A DNA stretch of 62,960 bases, counting the filler, from Choristocarpus tenellus KU-1152 (taxonomy: Eukaryota > Protista > Phaeophyceae), in NCBI GenBank assembly GCA_964200185.2. It is 9 parts of 9 records of this genome, joined end to end, with 100 filler letters (N's around TTAATTAATTAA, not from the genome) between each part and the next. Parts side by side here need not be neighbours in the genome. Positions count along the whole stretch, not along the records: positions 50,502 to 56,203 come from CAXNAD020009969.1; positions 56,304 to 59,131 come from CAXNAD020024389.1; positions 59,232 to 62,960 come from CAXNAD020018264.1; 6 more parts are not named here. The stretch is one strand, 5' to 3'. This document shows, in pieces, positions 50,569 through 62,960 of the stretch. Under the pieces are notes generated by a model. It was given only the letters and a program-made list of their open reading frames with translations, ran no database searches and was not told the origin of the DNA. The position numbers and the translations under genes are program-made. Positions within the stretch are counted from its first letter, which is position 1. Each line of letters begins with the position of its first letter.

Positions 50569-52064
50569 CAACAGCGCACAGGGATAGCCACAGACGAGCC
50601 TGATCCTCGTGGAAGGGATACGCACCTAGTCTCCCTTGACGAAGGAATTAGATCTGGGTCTGTGACGCGGTGTGGGCAGGGCGAAAGGGTTGCCTGAGTG
50701 TGGAGTTTGTTGGAGGTGCTAGGGAGCAGTGAGTGAGGTGGTAAATGGTATGGAGGGTAATGACAGTTTGGTGAATGGTGTAGGGATAGGTGTGATTGGT
50801 GGGGGCGTAGGGTCAATGGGAGAGGTGAGTGGGGTAGGGGTGGGAGTAGGTGGTGCCGGGAGGGCAGGTGGACTTTGGGTGTCAGTTGGTCGGTGGAGTG
50901 CGCAGGTAAGGACGGAAGGTCAGGTGTGGGAATGTTTTGGGTGAGAGAGTGGTGGGTTGGGGTGGGGGGGACACGGGGAGAAATCCAAGGAGTACAAGGC
51001 GTCCAAGCTCCGAAATCCGTGTCTAGCCATTGTAATTCAGTGTACTTGGGTGTGGGTAGTCACTGTAGCCCAGCCAGTAGTCGCCATAGAACAGGTGTAG
51101 TACACAAATGACGGCTCGAAACAGGTACCAGCAGGACAATGAAGGACAATAAGACAGGTGATGGTGAGTGTGGCTGCAACAGTCCAGTGAAGGTGGCTTG
51201 CCAATTTGTAGGGAGATGGAGGTTCCCAATGCCGGAGGTACTGATGGGGTGGGCAGGGGTAAAAAGGGTGTGACAAGAGGTGGTGGGTGGTGTGTTTGAC
51301 AGGAGGGATTAGCCAGGGGAGGAGCTGTGCAGCCAGGGTGAGGTGTGATTGTGGTGAGGTTGGTTGTGGGTGCGTCTTGTACAGTGAGTGTGTGCTTGGG
51401 CGTGATTGGTGGTGGGGTGGGGGCATCGGGTGGTGGTGAGGTGGGAACAGGAGGACAGTTTGGAAAATGGCGCAGGTGGTATCCAGGTTGATGACAGCGG
51501 CTGCAGTGGGGAGCTCGATCAGTAGGAGTAAGCCTGAGGGGTTCCCGACTCAGCTTTTAGTCTTGCAGAGGCGCATGATGAGACACTGGTCGGGAGTATT
51601 GCCCCCTGCTGGAGTCCGTGAAGGTCTTGCGCAGGTCCGTGGCAGTTAGCAATGAGACTTTGTAACAGCTGGTCGTCATCTTCTTCGTATGGGATGGTAG
51701 GTGTGGTAGTAGTGGTGAAAAGACGAGAAGCGTGCTGGATCAAAACTCGCTGGGCCTAAGGGGTCCACACAGCTCCAGATGCTCACGAAGCAGATATCGA
51801 ACACGGTTCAGGGGAGGTCATCGACAGGGGAAATAGGTGGTGTTAGCTTCCGTTCCATGGCGGTATAGTGGGTTTGTCTGGCGTGTATTTGGTGAAAGTA
51901 CAAGAAAAGGTTGGGCAAATGTGTTGTTGTAAATTTCGAGCAAGTGTTGAGGCTCATAACCTGTTGAAACCTGAATTGAATGCACCGTACATGTAAGGAA
52001 AATGCGTAGACTACTAGCGATGAGGAATCATGGTGTTGCGAAGCACCGATGGGTGGTATGCGTA

Positions 52065-52323
52065 GAGTGAAAGTATCTTAGAGGGTACGAGTTTTGCCCT
52101 GTTTGTCCATTTGGGGCTTGGCTTCCTACGTTTTTTTTAAAGACATTTTCCTCTCAAAAATTTCTTCGGAGTAGGTAAAATGTGTACGTTATGAAAAGGT
52201 GTCTCTGGAACAAGGATATTGACACTCCCTGACAAACGCGATATCCAAAATTACATCAAAATCGCAACATTGGATTTTGACCCCCAAATTGATGCGGCCA
52301 TACCCTCTAAGATACTTTGGCTC
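52065..52323 (-). mobile_element. MITE-A
   Basis: Both TIRs. Confidence 0.93.
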
Positions 52324-52552
52324 CAACCTTTTCACATTCGATACCCTGTATTTGTTACCTTTACAACCGTGTACATCAGCTGTCAATGGTGGTGTCACCA
52401 ACGTTTTTACATCCGATGCCCTGTATTTGTTACCTTTACAACCGTGTACACATCAGTGTCAGCAGTGGTAACACCAACATTTTCAAATTCGATGCCCTGT
52501 ATTTATTACCTTTACAACCGTGAACACATCAGCTGTCAATAGTGGTATCATC
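52323..52552. repeat. ~76 bp tandem repeat x3
   Basis: CGAT(A/G)CCCTGTATTT(G/A)TTACCTTTACAACCGTG repeated. Confidence 0.9.
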
Positions 52553-52654
52553 AAAATCACGACTGTCGCATCTATAATTTGTTTGATTGAAAACGTTCAT
52601 AAACCATCTTCTGCCACCCCAGTCACCTGAAAATGTAAGCCCCGAAGTCAATTT

Positions 52655-52800
52655 TGCCTAAGTATCTTAGAGGGTACGAGTCTTTCCCTGGTTGTCCATT
52701 TGGGGCCTGGCCGCCCACGGATTTTTAACGACATTATACTTACTCCAAAATATTTCGGAGTAGGTAGAATGTGTACGTACGTTATGGAAAGGAGTGTCCG
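52655..52800 (+). mobile_element. First ~145 bp of MITE-A (GAGTG end), candidate 5' terminus of transposase copy 3
   Basis: AAGTATCTTAGAGGGTACGAG..CGTTATGGAAAGGAGTGTCC then diverges into unique sequence upstream of the transposase. Confidence 0.7.
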
Positions 52801-53889
52801 TTGAAGACTAGGCATAGTGAAGCATATGGTCACCATATCCTGCCGAAATCACACATTTGCATCGAAATCAGAGGCACGTGGTGTTCACCAGTTCCACCGT
52901 AGCTCCGTACCAGTGACGCACACGTCCTCCCATCAAGAGCAGAACGAAACCTAACGACGAAATTCGTGTCCTCCGATACCTGTATTCCGATATGTATCGG
53001 AACTAAAAGATGTTCCTTCCAGTTTCTGTTTCCAATCCCAACCCTAACACCTGTCCCAACCGTAACCCTTTGCCCCAACCCTCACACCGTCCCTGGCCCT
53101 TACACAATAATGAAATGGTGTCAAGACATGTTTCGCTCTTCCTTCATCCACTCGCCTCATGTTATTTTTGCCATACTTTACCGTACGACAAAGTATGGCA
53201 AAAGTCGCGGCAGTCCACATACCAACTTATTTCAAGCCACACGACTCCACAATCCATCGTCCTTGATTTTCCAAAAACTCAAGTGCGATCTCATATCCCC
53301 TGTAGAGAAAGAGGCACATACAATGGTATGTGTATCTGGGGATACGTATAGACTAATACCACATGAAACGTTCAGTATCCCTTCCACCTCAAACCCCATC
53401 CTACACAATTTGTTTACTGTTCGACAGAACACGTCAATTGTAGTACATACATACGTCAATATTATCTAGGGCGACACCTACCAAGCATTTGCAAACTGTT
53501 TCCTTAACAATCAGATCAAAACACACACTCTACCATTCGATAAACTACCTCAATTCACTTCGTCCTACATGCTTCATGGGATGTATTCATAACCTTTTTG
53601 ATGTGGCTCACGAGTGCCCGCATACGCGATGCACATCTTTTCAGGATATTCTAACAGGGGTGGTTTCGGTTCTCGATGTATCCAACACACCCTTGTCTAC
53701 GCGTTGAACGTTGGGTGTCATCCAATACAGCCGTATTCTGTGGAGCACTTCGTGACCAAGCATTGTGCAAGCCCCCTCGCCCGAACAAAGTGGCAGTATT
53801 ACCTATATTTGCATCATCAAGATCGAACACTAATGTCAAAGGGAAACCAACCCACCAACTCATATCGTAACCTCGTTTGAATCCCACTC

Positions 53890-56060
53890 AGGAAATTGGG
53901 ACTAAAGAGACTACCCAAGACCAGTGCCGCTCGTTCATGGAAGAATTACAAAACGGACCAGATCATGGATCTCTTCCTCTCCATATTTGTCAACCACGAT
54001 GGTCTAGAAGAGATGGAAGGAAGCAGCCGCACTTGGAACAACCTTGCCTCTCGGATGAGAAAAAGCAGATTTACACTATTGGCAAGCGCACTGCGAGTTG
54101 TGCTCGCTTGGGAACAACGCGAGTCTACGCCTGATCTCCAGGTCAAGACATTCCTAGAATGTGTAAGGAAATATCTTAGCACCAAGCACACCCACCAGGT
54201 ATACAAATCCATCCTCGTCGGCATCGCTCCTGATGTTGAAATAGGGGATGACAGGGTGACATCGACATTTCAACCCCTCTTGTCCGTCACAGCAAGAAAT
54301 TACGGCATCAACATCGACACACTAAGGTCACCCGCCAAGAAACGCACGGAATTCATGCGAGACATGTGGCAACAGAACAGGCCCCTCCGCATCAGCTGCC
54401 AATGATGCCGTAGGATTGTCTCCCGTATCCGATACCCACGCCCCTCACTGCTCTCCTCAAGGCACCGCCCAGAGGTGCGGAAGTTCATTCTCATCAACCA
54501 TCAATGGTGTGACACACACAACTTCGCCCCCTGGCGAACACGTCCCCTGTATGTCGAAGAATAATTTCATTAACAGATGCTCTGATGATCCCTTATATCG
54601 TGGTGCGCAACTGACACACGCCCCACATCTTCCATCGTTACCTCAGACAAAATAGCAGACCAAGGGTATGCAACGTGGGAAGGGGCGACTCCTTGCGACA
54701 GTTCGGTGTGCAGCATCCTGATATTCATGTCCTTGGCATCAGCATATGGGAGAGCAACAGCACCGCGATGCCCCATGATCCGGTCACATCTCATGATTCC
54801 ACTCAGGGCATGCACTACTTGGACCTGCATACGAACAAGAGAGTTTACCACCCGGGTGCACTGTGCCATCAAGTCGCTCAGAGATACTCCACACTAGCGA
54901 CTGTCATTATTACAAGTATTGCGTATATCCACCCTTGACACTCTATGGATAAATCATTATAGCATGTTTATCCTCGATCAACAAAACTTCAATAAAACGC
55001 TACGTATACATGGTGTAACCGACGTGACAACAGGACACAGATTGGGACAGATGAGGATGTCTATGCCAACTCCAGGGAGAGATTCGAACAGGAGGGGACG
55101 TCAGGACCAATACCCTGTCTGTCGACATTTGTGAAGTGGAGGCTGTTCTACATCACAAAGGCCACGCCAAGGTTTGTGCGGAAATAGTCTTTCGATTTTG
55201 GGGACACACGCTACAGTGATGTTTTGGGTAAGTCTATGTTTCCTAACCGCCACAGGGTACCCAGTCACATACTGCATCATCCGTCTCCACACACAGGNNN
55301 NNNNNNNGGTGCTAACCCACCGTATCCCTCCCTCCACTCTTCCACACAGTACAGATCGTGCATTTGCATTCACCACATGACCACCGACCTTCAGGTTCAG
55401 TGCCTCAGAGAGAACTGGAAAAAGGTATATGCGAGGACGATCTTTGTGGCGACGATGGACAACACACTTGCGCATGCACATGCGCATTCTGCGACAAAAG
55501 GAAAGGATGCGACACTGAAAAAGTAGAGGCCGCACTCACAAGAGGTGCTCATTTAATGGCCTTCCTCCTATTTGTTTCTATGCCAAACCACACCCACGAC
55601 GTGGCGAATGTGTCAGCACGACGAGCTGGAGAAACAACCAAAATAATCAACCCCCCGTGGATACACACCAACGTACTCGCCCTCAAACCGTTTCACTACG
55701 TCCTCTAAATATGTGGCAGGGACCGCCAGACTCCACTAGTGACGTGCGATCCGCTACTCAGACCTCTACACTGACACCAAAAACCACTCTTGAACTAATC
55801 AAAACAAAGCAGATGCGAGAGGACCGTGCTGGAGCCCCTCAGCGGACCGTCCTCTAGCGGTTCTTTGGGCAATTTCAAAAATTCTTGTGTCGATGGTACA
55901 TATAACAGTGTTACTGGAAATCTCATCCGATGTGGAAATTTCCTTGTATGTTGGACTCTCACAGCACCCGTGTCACATGGAATGAGTGCGTCCACGTACA
56001 TACCCTGGTGGTGGAGGCGGACCTGCAACGAAAGACTTGCCAGGAGATAGAGGTGTGCCT
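53890..56060 (+). pseudogene. Sola2-like transposase pseudogene, 5' half (copy 3), cut by contig end
   Basis: Collinear with copy 1: SILVGIAP; QHPDIHVLGISIWESNSTAMPHDP; IGTDEDVYAN..FVKWRLFYITKATPR|SCICIHH; SCVDGT..HPMWK. Confidence 0.85.
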
Positions 56061-56318
56061 TATATGCAAACACACAACCAATTAATTAGATTTGGAAGAC
56101 GAACCTGTCCGGTTCCACCCTCACGCCGGGTCCAGGACCGATACAGCCACCTACCCTACCAATCGACCATATCCTCATGTTCACATCCAGACCACACACC
56201 CATNNNNNNNNNNNNNNNNNNNNNNNNNNNNNNNNNNNNNNNNNNNNTTAATTAATTAANNNNNNNNNNNNNNNNNNNNNNNNNNNNNNNNNNNNNNNNN
56301 NNNGGAATAGGAGCCTTT

Positions 56319-56495
56319 GGCCCAAAGTATCTGGGAGGGGGGGAGTCTACACCAAGGTGTCCATTTGGACCAAAATAAGGAAAAGTGCCTTTACAGTATC
56401 CATGTGATGTATGCAACCAAATCACCAAAAAATTGCGACATGAAAAAATTGACCCCAACTGGACAGCCGGCACCCCCTCACAGATACTTTGAGCC
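56319..56495 (+). mobile_element. MITE-B
   Basis: GGCCCAAAGTATCT..AGATACTTTGAGCC; no TSD evident. Confidence 0.92.
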
Positions 56496-56525
56496 AGAAT
56501 GAGAAAACTAAATATATTTACTCAC

Positions 56526-58555
56526 CCATTCGACTAACAGTGGCTGGTGAAGCAAAACGTAGGTCATGTGTCTCAAATACAAAGTTCACATTGGGGCCGA
56601 AGTTAATTCTTTCGCCGTTGGGTAGAGTGAGCAAGTGGTTGTCATCGAGCACAGAGTTAAGGGACTCAATCCACTCTGGGTCCACATCTCCATCACAGAC
56701 AAGCCAGGAACGAACCTATTGCAGTGGAGGATGATTTGGGATGCGAGTGAAAGTATATTAGAGGGTAGGAGTTTTTCCCTCTTTGTCCATTTGGGATTTG
56801 GCTTCCCTTGTTTTTTTTAATGACATTTTCCTACTCCAAAATGTTGGGGAGTAGGTAAAATGAATACGTTATGAAAAGTTGTGTTCAAAACATAGATATT
56901 AACACTTCCAAACAAACCCGATACCCAAAATTACATCAAAATCGCAATACTGGATTTTGACTCCCAAATGGACGCGGCTCTACCCTCTAAGATACTTTGG
57001 CTCATGCGGAAAATTTGATAGTGCGATACATTTGGTTTGTGTTTGTAGATACTCAGGGCAAGTCATAAACATTCCGTATGCTGGTGGTGGAAACATATCT
57101 TAAACTTGTTCACGGGGATTACAAAGTCAGTGAAAAACTCAGAGTTATCTGTATATATTTTACGACTGATGACAAATATCAAAGAAGACAACATACACAT
57201 CTTTGCATTTTCAAGATCCCTTTCCACACGCTGCAAGTTGAAGCCGTGGAGAGGCTTAGGACTTTCCTCAAATGCCAAGACTACCAACAGTGAAAGATGG
57301 GAATTCTTCTCCAGAAAACCGATTCATGACTGTTCATCTTGCCCACCAATGCCACCAGAGAACTTAGTACTAGCCAACATACTCTGCATACCTCATTAAT
57401 CCTCAGTACAGAGTGGCCTGAAGAGGATAAAAACTCATGGAATTGCAGTGTGTCCGTCCAGATAATTCCTCACCTCTGGGGGCTCCTTGACCACCTTTCG
57501 GGCAGCATCCGTGAGGACACCATCAAACCATTCCCGAGTGTCAAGGTCCATATGACCCAGCAGGCGCTGCAGCACAATATAATGACCAAGACAATGAAGG
57601 ACAGCGATGCTGAATGAAAAATGTCAAGGGATTGAGAGGGAAAGAACATCTTTGCCAAATAGATGCAAGCACAAGTTGTATGTATCGATTGGTATAACAA
57701 GCCTGTATTAGAGGTGGATAAGTAGAAAATACTCACAAGCAGCTGGTAAGATCTTCATTGGGCTGCAACTAGTTCATTTTTTTTAGTCCGATATATAGCC
57801 TGCCCTATATAACTTGCTTTGAATCACTTGAGCATTAATTGCTACTCCTAGCATAATCTTGGACCGTACTGCATATTGCTATATGCATGGTGGTATTCTA
57901 AGGAGTCGTTAGAGGAAAGACAAATACAGGACAAGACAAACACAATGTAATATGATCACATAAATTTGCTGCTGTTCCGTCATAGTTCTATCAGAATATG
58001 TCGGAATCAACACTAGAAATTCAGAAGAAAATAGTGCATTTGTTTCTGTCACAGCATGGAAAGCACTCCGAGGATGTCTTTGGTGGGTAACAAAAATTTG
58101 GAGGAAGCTCTATTGCTCACCTCTATATTTCTGAGATTTAACGACAAGAATGAAGACTTATAAAAAAGATCCTAGAAATTCTGAAGGTTTAGTAGTTTTG
58201 TCCTCTTTTCACCAACATTTCTTAACGAGGAAAACTCAATACACCAAGCACCTTACTCCTACGCATCTTGACCCATCAAAGAAGTCTACAATATTTTGTA
58301 ACAGAGAGCACATTCGTACCAAAGAGCACTTAAACACTGCAACTAGTAAATGCTGGATCGAACAAGACCTCAGTACTTCACCTGGCGGGGCATACTCTTT
58401 GGGTTGACCACATGCGTGGTTACTGCCTGCCCGCATCGAATCATGGCCTGCCTCAGAACAGACCACAGGGTTGACTTGCCGCATCCGCTCGGCCCAACAA
58501 TTACACATCCCATACGTTGGTCAAGGGACTCCTTCAGCTGGAGCATCTTGCGAAC
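56526..58555 (-). CDS. DYNC2H1: Cytoplasmic dynein 2 heavy chain (IFT dynein), three AAA2 exons: 58555-58382, 57566-57474, 56715-56526
   Basis: [25 protein letters not shown]|[19 protein letters not shown]..|[52 protein letters not shown]; canonical splice sites in frame. Confidence 0.93.
56745..57003 (-). mobile_element. MITE-A in dynein intron
   Basis: Both TIRs; perfect 4-bp TSD ATGC. Confidence 0.96.
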
Positions 58556-58599
58556 CTGTCGGGAGTCAAAAGAAACATTCAGATTGGCTGAGATCTCAT

Positions 58600-58835
58600 G
58601 ACTCAAAGTATCTGGGGGGGGNNNNNNNNNNTTGTGTTTGGTGTGTATTTTCATATATAAAGAGGTGGGGGGGGGGGGGGGGGGGTGGTGACTGTTTCAT
58701 TTGGGGAAAAAATATTCCATGTCGAGATTTTTGAATGACTTGGTTGCATTTGTCAGATGGATAATGTAGTGCAATTTTCCTGGTCAGGACCCGAATGGAC
58801 ACCCTGTTGTAGACCCCCTCCCGGATAATTGAGCC
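58600..58835 (-). mobile_element. MITE-B in dynein intron
   Basis: GACTCAAAGTATCT..GATAATTGAGCC; 3-bp TSD CAT. Confidence 0.85.
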
Positions 58836-59088
58836 CATAGTACATTCAAGTGACTGGGAAAGACTTAGTTCCAAGTGGATCTCTGTTTTCAAATCAAGCA
58901 CTTCTCATGTTTCTAGACCAAGAAGTCTTCCTTTTTTTATGCGATGGGAATTGCAGTCAAAAATTGTTGCTCTAGATCAGCCAATAACGTTTCTTGAACG
59001 TGAGTTAATGACCTCCATCAGAGGTTGGGTATCACCCTTCAAAATCGATCAAAATAGAAGAAAAACTGTGATGGACTGGGTTCCTGTT

Positions 59089-59131
59089 GAGTCAAATTAT
59101 CTTAGAGGGTAGAGCTGCGTCCATTTGGGGG
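59089..59131 (+). mobile_element. MITE-A start at contig break
   Basis: GAGTCAAATTATCTTAGAGGGTAGAGCTGCGTCCATTTGGGG. Confidence 0.88.
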
Positions 59132-61282
59132 NNNNNNNNNNNNNNNNNNNNNNNNNNNNNNNNNNNNNNNNNNNNTTAATTAATTAANNNNNNNNNNNNN
59201 NNNNNNNNNNNNNNNNNNNNNNNNNNNNNNNCCCCCCGGCCCAAAGCCTCCAGCAACACGCCCACACTTGACCATTCATGTAAAGTAAGAGTACGAGGTA
59301 AAGACTCTCTAAACAACCCAAAAGAGACTGTGTACTTTGAGGCTCGAATTAACTGAGAGAGGCGTGTAGCTGAGTTTTAAGGTTCCCTCTGAAGCGTGTG
59401 GGTCTATTCACACAAACATAAGGGGTACTTTCTGTGCTCTCCATACATGCACATGGTTCATTTTTTTTTCTATAAAATACAAGAGAGAATGCAGATGATG
59501 GGGATAGATTCTCAAAAAAATATGTATAGCCGGTTCCTTTTTCCTCACCTTTCTAAAAGAAATAATTTTATCGGTTTATCATTACTCGGAATACAACTAG
59601 AAACAAAAAAATATAGTACTGGTGTTGTCAAAGCACCAACAGACGATAAAGTGAGGGGAAAAAAAAGTACAGGAGATGTTGGTGACCTGTGAACCAACAT
59701 TTCGCAGAGAGAGCAAACCCCCCCAAAAAATCACTTCAAATGAAGTACAGTTAAAGATAATTTATGTGTTCAGATAGACCCACTGCAAACACTTTCTATC
59801 TTTCCTCCCCAAAGGCAACGCCTGCCAATTCTCTCACAGCTATAGTACAAGAAGGTACCATCATTTACATATATAACACATACCTAACTCAACCAAACAC
59901 AACCCTTGTACAACAGCAGAGTGGTCGGTGCAACAGAACTGTTCTTGACCGCAATAGGTTTCATTTTGTGTAGGAGCACCTATTCATAGGAAGGCATTGT
60001 GCAATTTTTGGACTTGCATCGAACGTGCCACCAATCATCATTATATTGCAAAAACAAAAGTAGTCCCCACTGTTGAGGGATGGACGAAACTTCAGTGTTG
60101 TCTGAGAGCAAGGTGCCGCTTAAGCTGCCCAATAGATGATTGGCAAATGCTCAATTGAACACCCCAGCATCACATCACATGTAGCATAAATCTGACACCT
60201 AACACCATCCGCAACAAGCAAGTGAAATCGTCCAGATTCTACAAACTCTACTGAACAATATTATTCTCCAGAAGGAACAAACAACTGGGGTGGAAATTGT
60301 CAGATTCCTCACAGAAAATAAGACAGGTTGGGCCTTTCCACCACCCATACCATCCATCCATCCATCCATCCATCCATCCATCCAACCATCACAGTCACTG
60401 CACTGTAGGAACAGAAAAATGAAGCATGCACTACCTTTACGGAGAAGATTTCACATCACCCAAATCTCTGCAAGGTGAGGTGGAAGGTGTGTTTCGTTAT
60501 CTGAACTCAAATACTCCACTTTTTACCCTCTTTGAATTGTCACCCACAATGCTCAAGGGTTTAAGGGTAATCAAACCGTATTATACTTGAATTAAATCTG
60601 GGAGATTTGGGGTAAAATACAACATTCATAGCGTTTCAACGCCTGTTCCAGATTATGTTATGTTCATTGGGAGTAAGCCTTGTATAGCACTTCACAGATT
60701 GTACTCCCGATTGTCCCAGACTGTGCAGGCCACATGAGATGATCAAAGGAATACACATCATCCGAATTTAGAGCCAGTCTTGTGTGGCAAAGGACGCACT
60801 AGGTAATTACTATCCGGGAAATAGAACAGTTTTTCACACACCTGACAACCATTGCAACAGGAATATGGAGCGAAATTCGGAAGTCATGGGGACGGGGAGA
60901 GGAGGGAGGGATGGGACATAATCAAGGTAACAGCGTCAACACAGTGTAGTTTCTCGTATGTCCTGACACGAGGATCAAACAAGTACAGGAACAATCAGTC
61001 CTGCAATAAGTATAGGTGGATTGTTGCCATCTACGCAAGGGAAGATTGATATCCCATACAAATAGACCAGTTTGCACCTACGATATGGAATACAACTTAG
61101 CATGAATGACCCAACTAAGTTGCAACTCCAATTATTGCAGGAAGTGCACCTCTGTATAGTTCTCTAGCAACAAAAAGGTGGCCAAAAGGTTATCATTTCG
61201 GAATCCTCACAAAAAATGGGGCAAGCAGCTCGATATATCCTCAATTCACACACTCAAAACCTGCCCCCCATCATTCACTTAC

Positions 61283-61514
61283 GCCTGCCAAGGTACAGGC
61301 CTTGAAGAAGGGATGGCTCACATCATAAAACACAGCAGCTTCGGCGTCACATCCAAAGAAGTCTTCCCACAATTCCTCCTCTCCATCAGCTGCAGCATCC
61401 GGGTCCTCTACCAAAAGTTGAACAGCTGCCTCCAGCCCTTGGGCACGCGCACGTCCAGTAGAGTTTCCCATCGTTGTTACAGCTGGGACGGTCCACGCGA
61501 CCTTTCTCACAAGT
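61283..61514 (-). CDS. Possible internal exon of an unknown protein
   Basis: CAG|ACTTGTG..GGC|GTAAGT; open GC-rich frame LEAAVQLLVEDPDAAADGEEELWEDFFG. Confidence 0.4.
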
Positions 61515-62489
61515 CTGTATCCTTATCAACCACAACACGAGCTCAGTCACAGTCACAGCAAAACAACGCTTCCACACCCACTGGCACCACTCTTACTCCA
61601 AGACTGGCCCCTTCGCAAGGAGAATGGCCCTGTCGAAGGTAATAATGGTAACGCCTAGCCGTCAGTGGGTGGGCGGAGGGAAGGGGAGGAGAGCAATAGG
61701 GATAGGGAGGGGAGGAAACCCACCCTGCAACAGGTCCGCAATGGACCAAACCATCAAATGCTCCTATTTCGATCAAGTGCGACTACAGGGATAGAACAGA
61801 GAAGGAAATCGGTAGGCACTTGAACCTATGCACTTGCCTATCCTACCAATGTTTTAGTCAGAAGTCGACCTTCGTTGTGACCAAGAACGAAAGGGTCAGT
61901 AGGAAGAGGTTCCAAAGCTTTTGTCACCACTGGACAATCAACCGTCTGGTGCTTGGATCGACTAGATCTTCAGGTTCAGGACTTTTCGTATCACAATCTG
62001 TGCGTCTCGACACACGTGAACCCGATAACAAACGTCGATGGAAAGACTCTTCTCTGCTCGTTTCCTCCCACATCTTTCCTGGTGCCTGGTTGTCAACAGA
62101 ACGATGAGGACTACTCCTAATCTCGACCCTTAAATCGCTAGAAACACAGCACCTAGTGATCTCCCGTGAGAATCCCTCAGCTCCACACAGCACAGATCGC
62201 TTTCGCAGGTAGGGGACGAGAGTTGGGGAACGTAACTGTCAAGTGGAGGAGGCCTAGAAATTCCTCTCCCTTTCCTTCAATCACCTAGCCTTCGTTCTGC
62301 TGCACAAAAGGGGAGTTGAGCAGTGGACAGGTATCATAAATGTTTCTATTCGACAGTGGACGCACTCGTTCTATGACCCTGACCTCCTAAAACTCCTATG
62401 AGAGGAGGAGTTGAATCTGGAGTGGAACACAACCCATCTACACAACAATATATAGTATTACAAGAACCACTGGTTTCGAACAACTACTA

Positions 62490-62692
62490 CTACATGCAAA
62501 ATGTCAGAGGGAATAATAATAAAACTACTACTACTATAACTAAGAATAACTAAGAACAAACACCACATAACTCCCAACAAAAGGATTTTTTCTTGGGAAT
62601 AGGCATATACCGACTGGTTTTGGTATCATATATTTATTATTTCCCCCTGACACATCTGCAAAATGTCAGAGGGCATAATAATATAAATAAAT

Positions 62693-62727
<35 letters not shown>

Positions 62728-62912
62728 GTGGTTAACGAATCCTTCTTTGATGTTCAAATAAACAACTAAAGCAACCGATACATTTCACCCACCAATGAAA
62801 CACCACCGAATATCAGGAAGTACAGCACACGTATAATATGTGTAGGAGGAGCCTGTAAGGTCGTACAGTCAGCAACAGTACTCTGCAAAATGTCAGAGGG
62901 CATAATAATAAA
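62490..62912. repeat. Three dispersed copies of TGCAAAATGTCAGAGGG(C/G)ATAATAAT
   Basis: At ~62495, 62657, 62884. Confidence 0.75.
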
Positions 62913-62960
62913 AGTAGCAAGCGGAAAGCTTCGTAGATGAGCTGGCTACCCACATGGTAG

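Overview
This is eukaryotic, intron-rich, repeat-rich nuclear DNA. A stramenopile, probably a brown alga, is my inference from the TTAGGG mini-tracts, the IFT dynein, the SOS1-like exons and the DD39D mariner. The window is not one locus: it is nine unrelated contigs joined by artificial 100-nt N/TTAATTAATTAA spacers (13683, 20698, 26109, 33043, 44451, 50402, 56204, 59132). Host gene pieces: SOS1/NHX7-like Na+/H+ antiporter exons, cytoplasmic dynein-2 heavy chain exons, a complete 4-exon coiled-coil gene, a secreted beta-helix-like gene, and tRNA-Leu(CAA). The dominant system is a family of large, multi-intron Sola2-like DDD transposase genes (three degenerate copies; the longest is followed by Tudor-like modules). 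It is accompanied by about 30 copies of three MITE families, two of which share terminal motifs. MITE ends show telomeric-repeat (TTAGGG) conversion and the birth of a 10-bp satellite. The most unexpected item is a GC-rich ORF resembling a toti-like dsRNA-virus capsid, joined directly to a Copia reverse-transcriptase fragment. All family assignments come from motif recognition by eye, not database searches.
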